A stretch of 64,000 nt of DNA from the NCBI GenBank assembly GCA_934101175.1, contig CAKOQC010000001.1, positions 199,589-263,588 on the forward strand, written 5' to 3'. The DNA is from an uncultured Bacilli bacterium. Lineage in GTDB: Bacteria > Bacillota_I > Bacilli_A > RF39 > UBA660. Shown one piece after another: positions 1-9,261 of the stretch. Position numbers and translations under genes: made by a program. Numbering within the stretch: position 1 is the stretch's first letter; every line of letters starts with the position of its first letter. The notes under the pieces are model-generated. The model had not been told where the DNA came from. It saw only the letters and a list, made by a program, of their open reading frames with translations, and made no database searches.

Positions 1-24
1 AAATCATTATCATCACTTATCAAT

Positions 25-273
25 ATGTTAAAATACCTAAAATTAAAAAGTAAAGCCAAAAAAGAATATGATGCTCATGACTTAAAAATATATAAATATT
101 GTCTATTATCAATAAGTATCTTTACTACAACCATCAGTATCAATATTGGTGATACTAATCCAGAACCAATTATCACTAAAATTGCTGAAATAATCAGTAC
201 TGATAAAGAACTATTTGATAAAATAGATAAAGAAGAAGAAAAAACTATTACTAAAGAACTTAAATTATTCTAA
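25..273 (+). CDS. hypothetical small protein (82 aa)
   Basis: ORF with a start codon only; no recognisable motifs; AT-rich. Confidence 0.2.
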   Translation: MLKYLKLKSKAKKEYDAHDLKIYKYCLLSISIFTTTISINIGDTNPEPIITKIAEIISTDKELFDKIDKEEEKTITKELKLF

Positions 274-391
274 AAAACTAATACATTAAAAATATATATC
301 AAGATGCCTCCCCATAGACATCTTTTTCTATTTAACAGTAGCTATTTTTCTCATTTTTTAGTATAATTATAAATATGAAAAAGGAGAATTT

Positions 392-1045
392 ATGAAGAAA
401 AAGAACAAATCTGACAATAAATTACTTATTATAAATAATAAAAAATATATTATATTATTTATATCACTACTATTATTCGTTATTTTAACTTATTATATTT
501 TTAATAACAAAATTAACTATCTAGATACTAGTATTCAAGATTTAATGATAAGCATTAGAAGTGACAATCTCACTAACTTTATAACTATAATCACTGATCT
601 AGGAAGTCCTTATACTTTAATAACAATTACAGTATTATTATTCTTTATTAATAAAAACAAAAGAATTCCTATACTAATAACTCTTAATCTAATATGTTCA
701 GCTATAATTAGTAAACTAGTAGTCTTCTTATCAAAAAGAAACAACTTATTAGAAGCAAGCTTAATTGCTATTGAGGAAGGATCTAGTTATAAAGCAGGCC
801 ACCCAATGATAAGTATAGCTTTCTATATGTATCTATCTTATCTCATATATAAAAGTACTAAAAATAAGATATTTAAATCTTGTATAATTGCCCTTCTATT
901 TATTTTAATTATCATGATTAGTTTTAGTCATATATATTTAGGAACATATTATTTATCAGACATATTAAGTAGTCTTCTTCTATCAATATCATATCTTATG
1001 TTATTTATAAGTATTACTAAAAATTATTTAGAGAAGGTGAAATAA
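392..1045 (+). CDS. PAP2-superfamily-like integral membrane protein (degenerate phosphatase motifs)
   Basis: 5-6 predicted TM helices. C-terminal 'AGHP...SIAF' and 'SHIYLGTYYLSD' resemble PAP2 motifs 2 and 3 (PSGH; SRxxxxxHxxxD), with the motif-3 His replaced by Tyr. AAAGGAG RBS precedes the ATG; the stop overlaps the tmcAL start (ATGA). Confidence 0.45.
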   Translation: MKKKNKSDNKLLIINNKKYIILFISLLLFVILTYYIFNNKINYLDTSIQDLMISIRSDNLTNFITIITDLGSPYTLITITVLLFFINKNKRIPILITLNLICSAIISKLVVFLSKRNNLLEASLIAIEEGSSYKAGHPMISIAFYMYLSYLIYKSTKNKIFKSCIIALLFILIIMISFSHIYLGTYYLSDILSSLLLSISYLMLFISITKNYLEKVK

Positions 1046-2184
1046 TGAAAATTATAGGTATAATTGCTGAATACAATCCCTTTCATCTAGGACATCGCTA
1101 TCAGATAGAACAAATCAAAAAAATGTATCCTAATTCTTTAATTATCGCTATTATTAGTACTCATTATACAGAACGTGGAGACATTTCAATTATAAATAAA
1201 TGGAATAAAACTAAAATATGTCTTCAAGAAGGTATTGATTTAGTCGTAGAACTCCCTACTCTCTACGCTACGCAATCTGCTGATATGTTTGCTTATGGAG
1301 CTTTAAAAATATTAAATGAATTAAAAATAGATACTTTAGTATTTGGTAGTGAAAGTAATAATCTTGATAATCTTATAAACTTAGCTAATATTCAAATAAA
1401 TAATAAAGAATATGATGAATTAGTTAAAAATTATTTAGATAAAGGTTTAAACTATCCTACTGCTATGAGTAAAGCCCTAAAAGATATCACTAAAATAGAA
1501 ATAAATAAACCTAATGACTTATTAGGATTATCTTATATAAAACAAATTATAAAGAATAACTACCCTATTACTCCTATATCTATTAAAAGAACTAATAACT
1601 ATCATGACAAATCTATTACTTCTAATATTATAAATGCCAGTCTAATAAGAGAATTATACTTAAAAAAAGAAGATATCTCTCCTTACATTCCCAAAATAAC
1701 TAATGAATATCTTTATCAAAACCTATCATTAAATAATGCTTATCCATACTTACTATATAATATTATTAATAATAAAAATAATCTAAAAGATTATCTAGAT
1801 ATTGATGAAGGCATTGATAGTAGAATTCTTAAAAATATCAATTCTTCTAATACTTGGTCTGATTTAGTAATGAATATTAAAACTAAAAGATATACTTATA
1901 ATAAAATTAATCGTATGTTATTACATATCTTACTAAACATCAAAAAAGAAGATAATACTGGTGAAATATATTTAAGAATACTAGGATTTAACAATTCTGG
2001 AAGAAATTATTTAAATAAGATTAAAAAATCTTTAGATATTAAAATGTTTACAAGTTACAAACCGTCATTATTAGCGGTACTTGATCTTGAATATAATTCA
2101 ACATATATCTATTCAATTATCGTAAATGATCCATCTTTAATCGCTAAAGAATATCAAAGTAAGCCTATTATTTACAACAAATAG
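1045..2184 (+). CDS. tmcAL: tRNA(Met) cytidine acetate ligase TmcAL (UPF0348/YlbM nucleotidyltransferase)
   Basis: N-terminal 'IIAEYNPFHLGHRYQIEQ' HxGH nucleotidyltransferase signature; ~380 aa, typical of the TmcAL family. Confidence 0.8.
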   Translation: MKIIGIIAEYNPFHLGHRYQIEQIKKMYPNSLIIAIISTHYTERGDISIINKWNKTKICLQEGIDLVVELPTLYATQSADMFAYGALKILNELKIDTLVFGSESNNLDNLINLANIQINNKEYDELVKNYLDKGLNYPTAMSKALKDITKIEINKPNDLLGLSYIKQIIKNNYPITPISIKRTNNYHDKSITSNIINASLIRELYLKKEDISPYIPKITNEYLYQNLSLNNAYPYLLYNIINNKNNLKDYLDIDEGIDSRILKNINSSNTWSDLVMNIKTKRYTYNKINRMLLHILLNIKKEDNTGEIYLRILGFNNSGRNYLNKIKKSLDIKMFTSYKPSLLAVLDLEYNSTYIYSIIVNDPSLIAKEYQSKPIIYNK

Positions 2185-2605
2185 CTTGCTTTTTTAATAT
2201 CTCATTAAGTATATCAACTACTTCATCAGATAGAAATTTATGAGCATAGTCTATCATTTTATTTTTTCTTAATTTAAATAAATATCCTAATTTAATAATA
2301 TTATTTTCATAATTATCTTTATCTATATTCATAATATTAATATAGTTAACAAAAACATTATCTCTCTCTTCTATTTTAATCATACATTTTCCAGGAGAAA
2401 AACGATATACATATCTATTAAATCTATTATTACTAACATTATCATATATATCAATTATAATCATATTTCCCTCTTCCTTTATTCTAAACAAATAATTATA
2501 ATCATATAATTCTTGATAATTAAACATATCTTTAATAAATTGTGTCATTAGTTTTTTTCTATCTATCGTTTCTATAAACTCTTTCATTAATACCCTTTTA
2601 TTCAT
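2168..2605 (-). CDS. hypothetical protein (145 aa)
   Basis: ORF only; overlaps the tmcAL 3' end by 17 nt on the opposite strand. Confidence 0.35.
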   Translation of the reverse strand: MNKRVLMKEFIETIDRKKLMTQFIKDMFNYQELYDYNYLFRIKEEGNMIIIDIYDNVSNNRFNRYVYRFSPGKCMIKIEERDNVFVNYINIMNIDKDNYENNIIKLGYLFKLRKNKMIDYAHKFLSDEVVDILNEILKKQAICCK

Positions 2606-2866
2606 ACTCCATCTCCTATGTTATAAAAATATCATAATAATTATACTAAGTCAATTTTTAAGTTCAAAATATCATAAAATGTTAACTAATTGGTAACATT
2701 TTCATGCATAATCATCGTATTAGTATCCATAAAATATTAAATAAAAACTCAATATATTTTAATCATCTGTTTCTTACTTTAAGTGGTAAATATCAAACAG
2801 ATGTAATATATATTTATTTTTTCTATAATTTATGGTATAATAACAATCTCAGAAAGGAGTATGCTT

Positions 2867-4108
2867 ATGAAAATCATTGAATTAACGCAAAATCAATATA
2901 AAAACTATGCTAGTATTCATAAGAAGAGAAATATCGGTCAATCAATTGAATATGCTATGTTAGATTTTAATCGTGATAAAAAGAAAGTATTTCTAGGACT
3001 ATGTGATGAAAATAATAATATTTATGCTGCTACTTTAATTCTTATTCATAATGTATCTCCTAGTATTAAAGAAGCTATTGCTCCTAATGGTTTCTTAATT
3101 GATTATGCTAATTATAGTTTAGTAAGAACTTTCACTGAAGAATTAAAAAGATATCTATTAAAAGAACGTGTTACTTATTTAATAACTAACCCTATGTATA
3201 AACAAAGAGTATATAATAAGAAAAATCATATTATTGAAAACAATATTAGTATCACTGATAATCTTCTAAGTATTGGTTATGAAAGCCTAGGATATCTAGA
3301 TGATTTTGAAAAGTATGATATTATTATTGAAAATAATAATAGTTATTATGATATTTATAAGAACTTTAATCGTAATACTAAAAGAAATATTCAAGAAGCA
3401 CTAAATTATGGTATAACTCTTCATAAAGGTAAAAAAGAAGACCTAGAAGCTGCTTATAATATTTTTAAGAAAAAAACTTCTAACAACCTATCATACTATC
3501 AAAATCTATTTAATACATATAATGATGATAATAAAATGGAAATATTTATTGCTAAACTAAATCCTCATACTTATCTTGTTAATAGTAAGAAATTATACGA
3601 AAAAGAAAGAATAAGAAATGAACGTATTCATAATAAATTTAATAATTATGTTAATGCTATGCATGTTAATGAAAAATTATTAAATAAAAAGATTAATTCT
3701 GATAATCGTCTAGAAAAATATTCTCAAAATCTAAGTAATGCTATCAATATCAATCAATTATATCGAGATGATTTTATTATTGGTACTTCTATTATTATTA
3801 AAAATGGTCAAGAAATATATTTTCTAATTGATGGTTATAAAGAAGAATACCGTCGCATTCATTCTACTCATATTCTTAAATGGGCTATTATAAAAAAATA
3901 TTTTTCTAAAGGATATACCATCTTTAATCTAGGAGAAATACACAAAGACTATCTAGATAAATCAAGTAAATATCATGGTCAATACTTATATAAATTAGGT
4001 TTTGGTGGTAATATTGTAGAGTATCCTCCTAACTTATTATTAATAATTAATAAACCAGCCTATAATCTATATACTAAAATTAAATCATTTAAAAATAAGA
4101 ATAAATAA
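2867..4108 (+). CDS. FemAB-family aminoacyl-tRNA-dependent peptidoglycan interpeptide-bridge transferase
   Basis: ~413 aa with a central coiled-coil insert and a C-terminal 'IYFLIDGYKEEYRRIHSTHILKWAIIKKYFSKGYTIFNLGEI' GNAT-like fold typical of FemA/FemX. Start moved to the second ATG (2867), which has proper spacing to the AAAGGAG RBS; an extended -10 'TGgTATAAT' lies at 2833-2841. Confidence 0.65.
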   Translation: MKIIELTQNQYKNYASIHKKRNIGQSIEYAMLDFNRDKKKVFLGLCDENNNIYAATLILIHNVSPSIKEAIAPNGFLIDYANYSLVRTFTEELKRYLLKERVTYLITNPMYKQRVYNKKNHIIENNISITDNLLSIGYESLGYLDDFEKYDIIIENNNSYYDIYKNFNRNTKRNIQEALNYGITLHKGKKEDLEAAYNIFKKKTSNNLSYYQNLFNTYNDDNKMEIFIAKLNPHTYLVNSKKLYEKERIRNERIHNKFNNYVNAMHVNEKLLNKKINSDNRLEKYSQNLSNAININQLYRDDFIIGTSIIIKNGQEIYFLIDGYKEEYRRIHSTHILKWAIIKKYFSKGYTIFNLGEIHKDYLDKSSKYHGQYLYKLGFGGNIVEYPPNLLLIINKPAYNLYTKIKSFKNKNK

Positions 4109-4176
4109 TCTAATATGAACTGTTATCTTAAATGTTCAGTCCAATATTGATATTTATTCTTATTTTATTTTATATA

Positions 4177-5841
4177 TTATTTCTCAAAGTAACTTGTACC
4201 AATAAATTCTCTTATTATAGATAAAGAAGGTACTTCTTCACTAGGTAAAGGTAATACTAAGTCAAGCAATTTAATAAGTCTAACTGCTGTTAAGTATTGT
4301 GGATCATCTTCTTTAATTTGATATAATAAAGGTTCTGCATATACTTTCAAAACTGCTAATTCATATGCTAAGAAAGTATTAAAGATAACATCTGCTTGAT
4401 CTTGATATTTAAATACATACTTCTCTTCTCCATCTCTTACTTCACTCCAAGTAGATAGTGTATGTGAAGAAGAATATCCTCTAGTACGATTATCTCTTAT
4501 CATTCTTCTAAGTAATCTAACATCTGTTAAATTTATTCTATTATCATCATCTATATTTAAATATACTAATGGTGATATATATATTTTATATTTCTTATTT
4601 TTAGGAATATCTTTAAGTATTTCTTCTGATAAAGCATGTAATCCTTCTACTATAACAATATCATTCTCTTTCATTTGAAAAGTCTTATTAAATACTTTTT
4701 TTCCTTCAACGAAATCAAATGTTGGAGCTGATATTTTAGTCCCTTTAAGTAGTTTTCCCATCTGATTATTAAATAATTTAATATCTATTGCTCTTAAGCT
4801 TTCAAAATCAGGTTTACCATTTTCATTAAGTGGTGTTTCATCTCTATTAAGAAAATAATCATCTAATGATATAGGTACTGGATTAAGTCCCAATGTTTTT
4901 AGATACAATGATAATTTTCTAGCAGAAGTTGTCTTTCCTGAGGAAGAAGGTCCTGATAATAATACTATCTTTATATTATCTCTATTATTATATATTGTAC
5001 TAGCTATTTGTTGAAGTCGATAATTTTGTATTGTTTCTGATAAGTTAATAAGTTCTCCTGTTTTACTACTAATAATCTTATCATTAAGTTCTCCAATACT
5101 TCCTATATTAAGAATATTAGCCCATTCAGCATATTCATCTATATTATTAAAGAATTTATCATGATGTGTATATTTAACAATCTTTAAATTATCATACATT
5201 GATGGATATCTAAGAATAATTCCCTTTCCAGGAATAAGCGTCATATCATAATATTTTAATATAGAACTATCATTAGGTAAATTTCCTAATATATAATTAT
5301 AAATTCCATCAAATTTATATAAAGTAACATAACTATTCTTATTATAGAATAATGTTCTAACTTTATCTTCTCTTTTAATATTCTTAAAATATGCTATTGC
5401 TTCTGCCATTGTTGTTTCTACTTTAATAAAAGGTATAGCTTTATCTACTTTATCTTTCATTACCCTCTTTATTTCTATTATATCTTTATCAGTAATATCT
5501 TTCTTTATTTCAAAGAATACTCCCTTATCTATTGAATGTCTAATTCTTATTTCTGTATTTTTTCCTAATACTTCCATCGCTGAAGTCTTAAATAGTATTG
5601 TTAATCCTTTTTCATATATTCTATTTCCATAAGAACTATTAATATCATACAAAATTAGTGTTCCACTTCTATTAATTGAATCATCATAGTTAATAATTTG
5701 GTTTTGAAAATTACCACATATTATTTCTTCAGTTAATTCTTTATCTCGAATAATTTCTCCTAATTTTATTCCTTTACGATATTCTTTCTTTGTACCATCT
5801 TCAAATGTAATTATAATATTGTTCATTACATATACCTCCAT
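4177..5841 (-). CDS. TGS-domain / uridine-kinase-family P-loop nucleoside kinase (long form)
   Basis: N-terminal TGS-like segment; Walker A 'LLSGPSSSGKTTSARKL' and a PRK/UDK-like C-terminal half; 554 aa. Confidence 0.55.
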   Translation of the reverse strand: MEVYVMNNIIITFEDGTKKEYRKGIKLGEIIRDKELTEEIICGNFQNQIINYDDSINRSGTLILYDINSSYGNRIYEKGLTILFKTSAMEVLGKNTEIRIRHSIDKGVFFEIKKDITDKDIIEIKRVMKDKVDKAIPFIKVETTMAEAIAYFKNIKREDKVRTLFYNKNSYVTLYKFDGIYNYILGNLPNDSSILKYYDMTLIPGKGIILRYPSMYDNLKIVKYTHHDKFFNNIDEYAEWANILNIGSIGELNDKIISSKTGELINLSETIQNYRLQQIASTIYNNRDNIKIVLLSGPSSSGKTTSARKLSLYLKTLGLNPVPISLDDYFLNRDETPLNENGKPDFESLRAIDIKLFNNQMGKLLKGTKISAPTFDFVEGKKVFNKTFQMKENDIVIVEGLHALSEEILKDIPKNKKYKIYISPLVYLNIDDDNRINLTDVRLLRRMIRDNRTRGYSSSHTLSTWSEVRDGEEKYVFKYQDQADVIFNTFLAYELAVLKVYAEPLLYQIKEDDPQYLTAVRLIKLLDLVLPLPSEEVPSLSIIREFIGTSYFEK

Positions 5842-5894
5842 CTATTATATTAATTATATCATAATATTGAATTTTATGATAGAAAAAAGTATGT

Positions 5895-6410
5895 TTAGTT
5901 TTTATATTTAGAAACTTCACATACTTTATTTTCTTCTACACTCTTCTTACTATCGATTATTCTTTGATTAGAAGAACCTCTAAATGGTACATTATAACTC
6001 TTAAGACTAATTATAAATGGGGAATCTACTAAAACATCTATGTTTTTAAGTAATTCTCGTAAATTTTCTTCCTTCTCACATCTTCTAAGTAAAGCTTCCA
6101 TTGTATATCCTGTATAGCACCATACATTAAGTCCTATTGAGTGGCAATACTTAGCTATTTCTAAGCAAGCATCTATCTGTTCTAAAGGATCTCCTCCAGA
6201 CAAGGTTATTCCATCTTGAAATGGTACATTCTTTATCTCTTCACAAAGCTCTGTTACATCTTTTAAAAATCCTCCATCAAATGAATGCGTTGTTGGATTA
6301 TGACATTCTTTGCAATTATGACGGCATCCTTGTGTCCATATAACTGTCCTTATTCCTTCTCCATCTACAATACTCTCAGTTGTTATTTCTCCAGCTAATC
6401 TAATTTTCAT
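5895..6410 (-). CDS. nrdG: anaerobic ribonucleoside-triphosphate reductase activating protein (radical SAM)
   Basis: 'GCRHNCKECHNP' CxxxCxxC radical-SAM cluster motif typical of NrdG; ~170 aa; immediately downstream of nrdD. Confidence 0.85.
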   Translation of the reverse strand: MKIRLAGEITTESIVDGEGIRTVIWTQGCRHNCKECHNPTTHSFDGGFLKDVTELCEEIKNVPFQDGITLSGGDPLEQIDACLEIAKYCHSIGLNVWCYTGYTMEALLRRCEKEENLRELLKNIDVLVDSPFIISLKSYNVPFRGSSNQRIIDSKKSVEENKVCEVSKYKN

Positions 6411-6419
6411 TTTCTCTAT

Positions 6420-6593
6420 TTATTTTTGAATTAAACCTTCAGTACTATGTTTAACTCTATCTCTTTCTTCTGCTTTTTTACCATTGTTAAATCTATCAAC
6501 TGTACCTACTAAATAACCAGTAATTCTTCTAATTCTTTCGAATCCTACACCTTCTCCTACTGTTTTTTCTTCTTTAACTTCTACTTCTTTCAT
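6420..6593 (-). CDS. autonomous glycyl-radical domain protein of class III RNR (57 aa)
   Basis: Translation is MKEVEVKEEKTVGEGVGFERIRRITGYLVGTVDRFNNGKKAEERDRVKHSTEGLIQK. 'RRITGYLVG...NNGKKAEERDRVKH' matches the NrdD C-terminal glycyl-radical loop (E. coli, recalled from memory: RRVCGYLG...NAGKQEEVKRRVKH). It has its own GAAGGAAG RBS and ATG, lies 26 nt after a TAATAA double stop of nrdD, and is in a different frame. Confidence 0.7.
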   Translation of the reverse strand: MKEVEVKEEKTVGEGVGFERIRRITGYLVGTVDRFNNGKKAEERDRVKHSTEGLIQK

Positions 6594-6619
6594 AATTCTT
6601 CCTTCTTTCTTTTTAGTTA

Positions 6620-8923
6620 TTATTTACAAGTACTACAATTAGCACTAGCACTTCTTAATTTTTCAACTGAAACTCCCTCATATGCTCTTCTTCCACATCC
6701 TGGACATACATCTTTAATAACTCCCACATATCCGCATACAGGATCTCTATCTACTGGATGGTTAATTGCCCCATATCCAAAATTATTTTCTTTCATAAGT
6801 CTTATAATCTTTTCAAAAGCATCTATATTAGTAGTAACATCTCCATCAAGTTCTATATAACTAATATGTCCTGCATTAGTAAATGCATGATAAGGCCCCT
6901 CTATCTTAATCTTATTAGCAATAGAAATATTATAATATACTGGTACATGGAATGAATTAGTATAGTATTCTCTATCAGTAACTCCCTTAATCTTTCCATA
7001 TATCGCTCTATCTATATTAACAAATCTTCCAGATAATCCTTCTGCTGGTGTTGCTAAACAAGTAAAGTTCAAATTATATTCTTTTGAATATTCATCACAT
7101 TTATCTCTCATAAACTTAATAATCTTAAGTCCTAATTTTTGAGCTTCTGCATCCTCACCATGATGTTTTCCGATTAACGCTTTAAGTGTTTCAGCAAGTC
7201 CTATAAACCCAATACTAAGTGTTCCATGTTTAAGTACTTTTCTAAGTCTATCAGTAGGTTTAAGTTTATCTGAATCAATCCATACTCCTTGTTCAAGTAA
7301 GAATGGAAAATTATACATTCTCTTATTACATTGAATTTCAAATCTTTCAAGTAATTGATCTTTTACCATATCCATAGTTTCTTCAAGTTCTTTAAAGAAA
7401 CCTTTAATATCTGCTTTCTCTGCTCCAAGTACTATTCCATGTTTAATACCTAATCTAGGCAAGTTAATTGAAGTAAATGATAAGTTTCCTCTTCCTGGAG
7501 TAACTGCTTTATTTTCATCTACGACATTACCCATAACTCTAGTTCTACATCCCATATAAGCAACTTCTGTATTATAATCTCCTTTATAATATTGTTTATT
7601 AAATGGTGAATCCATAAATGAGAAGTTAGGGAAAAGTCTTTTTGCAGATACTTCACAAGATAATCTAAATAAATCATAGTTAGGATCTTCTTTATTATAG
7701 TTAACTCCCTCTTTTACTTTAAATATAGATATTGGGAATATTGGAGTTTCATTTTTACCAAGTCCTGCATCTACACTATGTAAATAGTTTTTCATAACCA
7801 TTCTTCCTTCAGGACTAGTATCTGTTCCAAAGTTAATTGAAGAAAATGGTACTTGTGCTCCCGCTCTTGAATGCATTGTATTTAAGTTATGTACAAACGC
7901 TTCCATTGCTTGATAAGTTCTTCTATCAGTTTTCTTATAAGCTATATCATATGCTTTACTAAATATTTCTTTAACTTTATCACTATCTTTAGCACATTCA
8001 TCCATGTATTCTAAATCAAATTCTATACTATCTAATTTATCTATCTTATCATTAATTTTATTCATATTTACAAAAGTATCAAATCCTGAATAATCTAAAA
8101 GTTCTTCTATTGCCATTTTATATTGTTTTTTAAATGTTTTAAGTACTCCAGGAGCCATATAATAATCAAATGCCGGTATTGCTTGTCCACCATGTTGATC
8201 GTTCTGATTAGATTGAATAGCTATTGCAGCAAGTGCTGAATAACTCATAATATCTTGTGGTTCTCTTAAATATCCATGTCCGGTAGAAAAACCATTCTTA
8301 AATAATTTATTTAAATCTATTTGTGTACAAGTAGTAGTACCCATTGCTAAAAAGTCCATATCATGAATATGTATATCCCCATTATCATGAGCATCAGCAA
8401 ACTTCTTTTTCATTAAATATGCTTTAGCAAATTCTTTAGATACTGTTGATCCATATTGAAGCATCGTACCCATTGCACTATTACCATCAATATTAGCATT
8501 TTCTCTCTTAGCATCTTCTTCAGCAGCACTTTTAAGTCCAAGTCCTTCAAGCGATTTTAAAAATTTATGAATTTTCTTCTCATCTGCAAATAATAATCTT
8601 GATTGTGCTCTTCTATCACGATATTCTGAAAAAGATTTAAAAACATCCTCATATCCGCATTTATTAAGTGCTTCTTCTATTAAATCTTGAATTTCTTCAA
8701 TCTTAATTTTTTCTTCATCTTTATATTCTTTCTCTATTTTTTTAATTACTGTTTGATAAACTTTTTGTACATCCTTAGAAGAATATACTGGTTCATCATC
8801 ACGCGTAATACTATCAAACCCTTTTTTAATAGCTAAAGCAATTTTAGTTCCATCAAAATCTACTTTCTTGCCATTCCTTTTAACAACTTTAAGTGTTGTT
8901 ACTAACTCTTCTGTGTTAACCAT
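6620..8923 (-). CDS. nrdD: anaerobic ribonucleoside-triphosphate reductase large subunit (class III RNR), lacking the glycyl-radical loop
   Basis: N-terminal ATP-cone and a class III RNR core. C-terminal residues 'VDRDPVCGYVG...CPGCG' form a Zn-ribbon-like segment. The protein ends '...EGVSVEKLRSASANCSTCK' without the RxxGY radical motif. Confidence 0.85.
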   Translation of the reverse strand: MVNTEELVTTLKVVKRNGKKVDFDGTKIALAIKKGFDSITRDDEPVYSSKDVQKVYQTVIKKIEKEYKDEEKIKIEEIQDLIEEALNKCGYEDVFKSFSEYRDRRAQSRLLFADEKKIHKFLKSLEGLGLKSAAEEDAKRENANIDGNSAMGTMLQYGSTVSKEFAKAYLMKKKFADAHDNGDIHIHDMDFLAMGTTTCTQIDLNKLFKNGFSTGHGYLREPQDIMSYSALAAIAIQSNQNDQHGGQAIPAFDYYMAPGVLKTFKKQYKMAIEELLDYSGFDTFVNMNKINDKIDKLDSIEFDLEYMDECAKDSDKVKEIFSKAYDIAYKKTDRRTYQAMEAFVHNLNTMHSRAGAQVPFSSINFGTDTSPEGRMVMKNYLHSVDAGLGKNETPIFPISIFKVKEGVNYNKEDPNYDLFRLSCEVSAKRLFPNFSFMDSPFNKQYYKGDYNTEVAYMGCRTRVMGNVVDENKAVTPGRGNLSFTSINLPRLGIKHGIVLGAEKADIKGFFKELEETMDMVKDQLLERFEIQCNKRMYNFPFLLEQGVWIDSDKLKPTDRLRKVLKHGTLSIGFIGLAETLKALIGKHHGEDAEAQKLGLKIIKFMRDKCDEYSKEYNLNFTCLATPAEGLSGRFVNIDRAIYGKIKGVTDREYYTNSFHVPVYYNISIANKIKIEGPYHAFTNAGHISYIELDGDVTTNIDAFEKIIRLMKENNFGYGAINHPVDRDPVCGYVGVIKDVCPGCGRRAYEGVSVEKLRSASANCSTCK

Positions 8924-8955
8924 TTTTCTTTACTCCTTCTCTTATTGTTAACATC

Positions 8956-8984
8956 ATTATATCGACTATTTTTTCTTCTGTCAA
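8956..8984 (-). promoter_or_regulatory. sigma-A-type promoter for nrdD (TTGACA-17-TATAAT)
   Basis: Minus strand reads ttgacagaagaaaaaatagtcgaTATAAT about 35 nt upstream of the GGAG RBS and ATG of nrdD. Confidence 0.5.
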
Positions 8985-9208
8985 TAGATTTTTGTTCGTT
9001 TTCTAAAATTAATTTTTTTCTATTTTTTATTTTTTCTATTTTTTGTCTTTTTTAATTTTTATAAATTATTTTAATAAACAATATTTTGTTTCTTTAATCA
9101 ATAATTCTCTTTATTTTCAAGGAATAATTGATATTTACAATCTATTGTTTGTGATATATTTTTTTGTTCTTTTTCTATTTTTTATAATTTTACAAAATGT
9201 GTAAAGTT

Positions 9209-9250
9209 ATAAAAAAACACTTTTTTGCATTTTTACTGCATTAAAGTGTT
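9209..9250 (-). terminator. rho-independent terminator downstream of ileS
   Basis: Minus strand AACACTTT...AAAGTGTT hairpin followed by a U7 tract, 12 nt after the ileS stop. Confidence 0.55.
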
Positions 9251-9261
9251 CGTGTTTATAA

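Noticed and set aside
4108-4150. Possible terminator hairpin TGAAC...GTTCA after the FemAB gene
   Set aside because: The stem is only 5 bp with a 13-nt loop and a poor U-tract. It is too weak to call.
6530-6550. tRNA-like 'GGATTCGAAAG' (T-arm-like) motif
   Set aside because: It lies inside the 57-aa glycyl-radical ORF and codes for GVGFER. There is no cloverleaf and no acceptor stem.
6758-6955. Small antisense ORFs within nrdD (6758..6955 +), ileS (9785..9994 +, 12187..12483 +), the topoisomerase gene (14470..14661 +), rarA (17949..18137 -), ppdK (28860..29045, 29221..29406), the xer gene (31497..31826 +), gpmI (47369..47560 +) and the deacetylase (61382..61615 +, 62939..63362 +)
   Set aside because: They are low-complexity translations from AT-rich antisense strands of well-supported genes, with no independent signals. 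They are treated as spurious.
9120-9160. NrdR-box candidates upstream of nrdD (palindrome ACAATAGATTGT, 'tgtgatatat')
   Set aside because: There is only a single weak palindrome about 180 nt upstream of the promoter. It lacks the paired 16-bp boxes with 31-32 bp spacing expected for NrdR, so it was not called.
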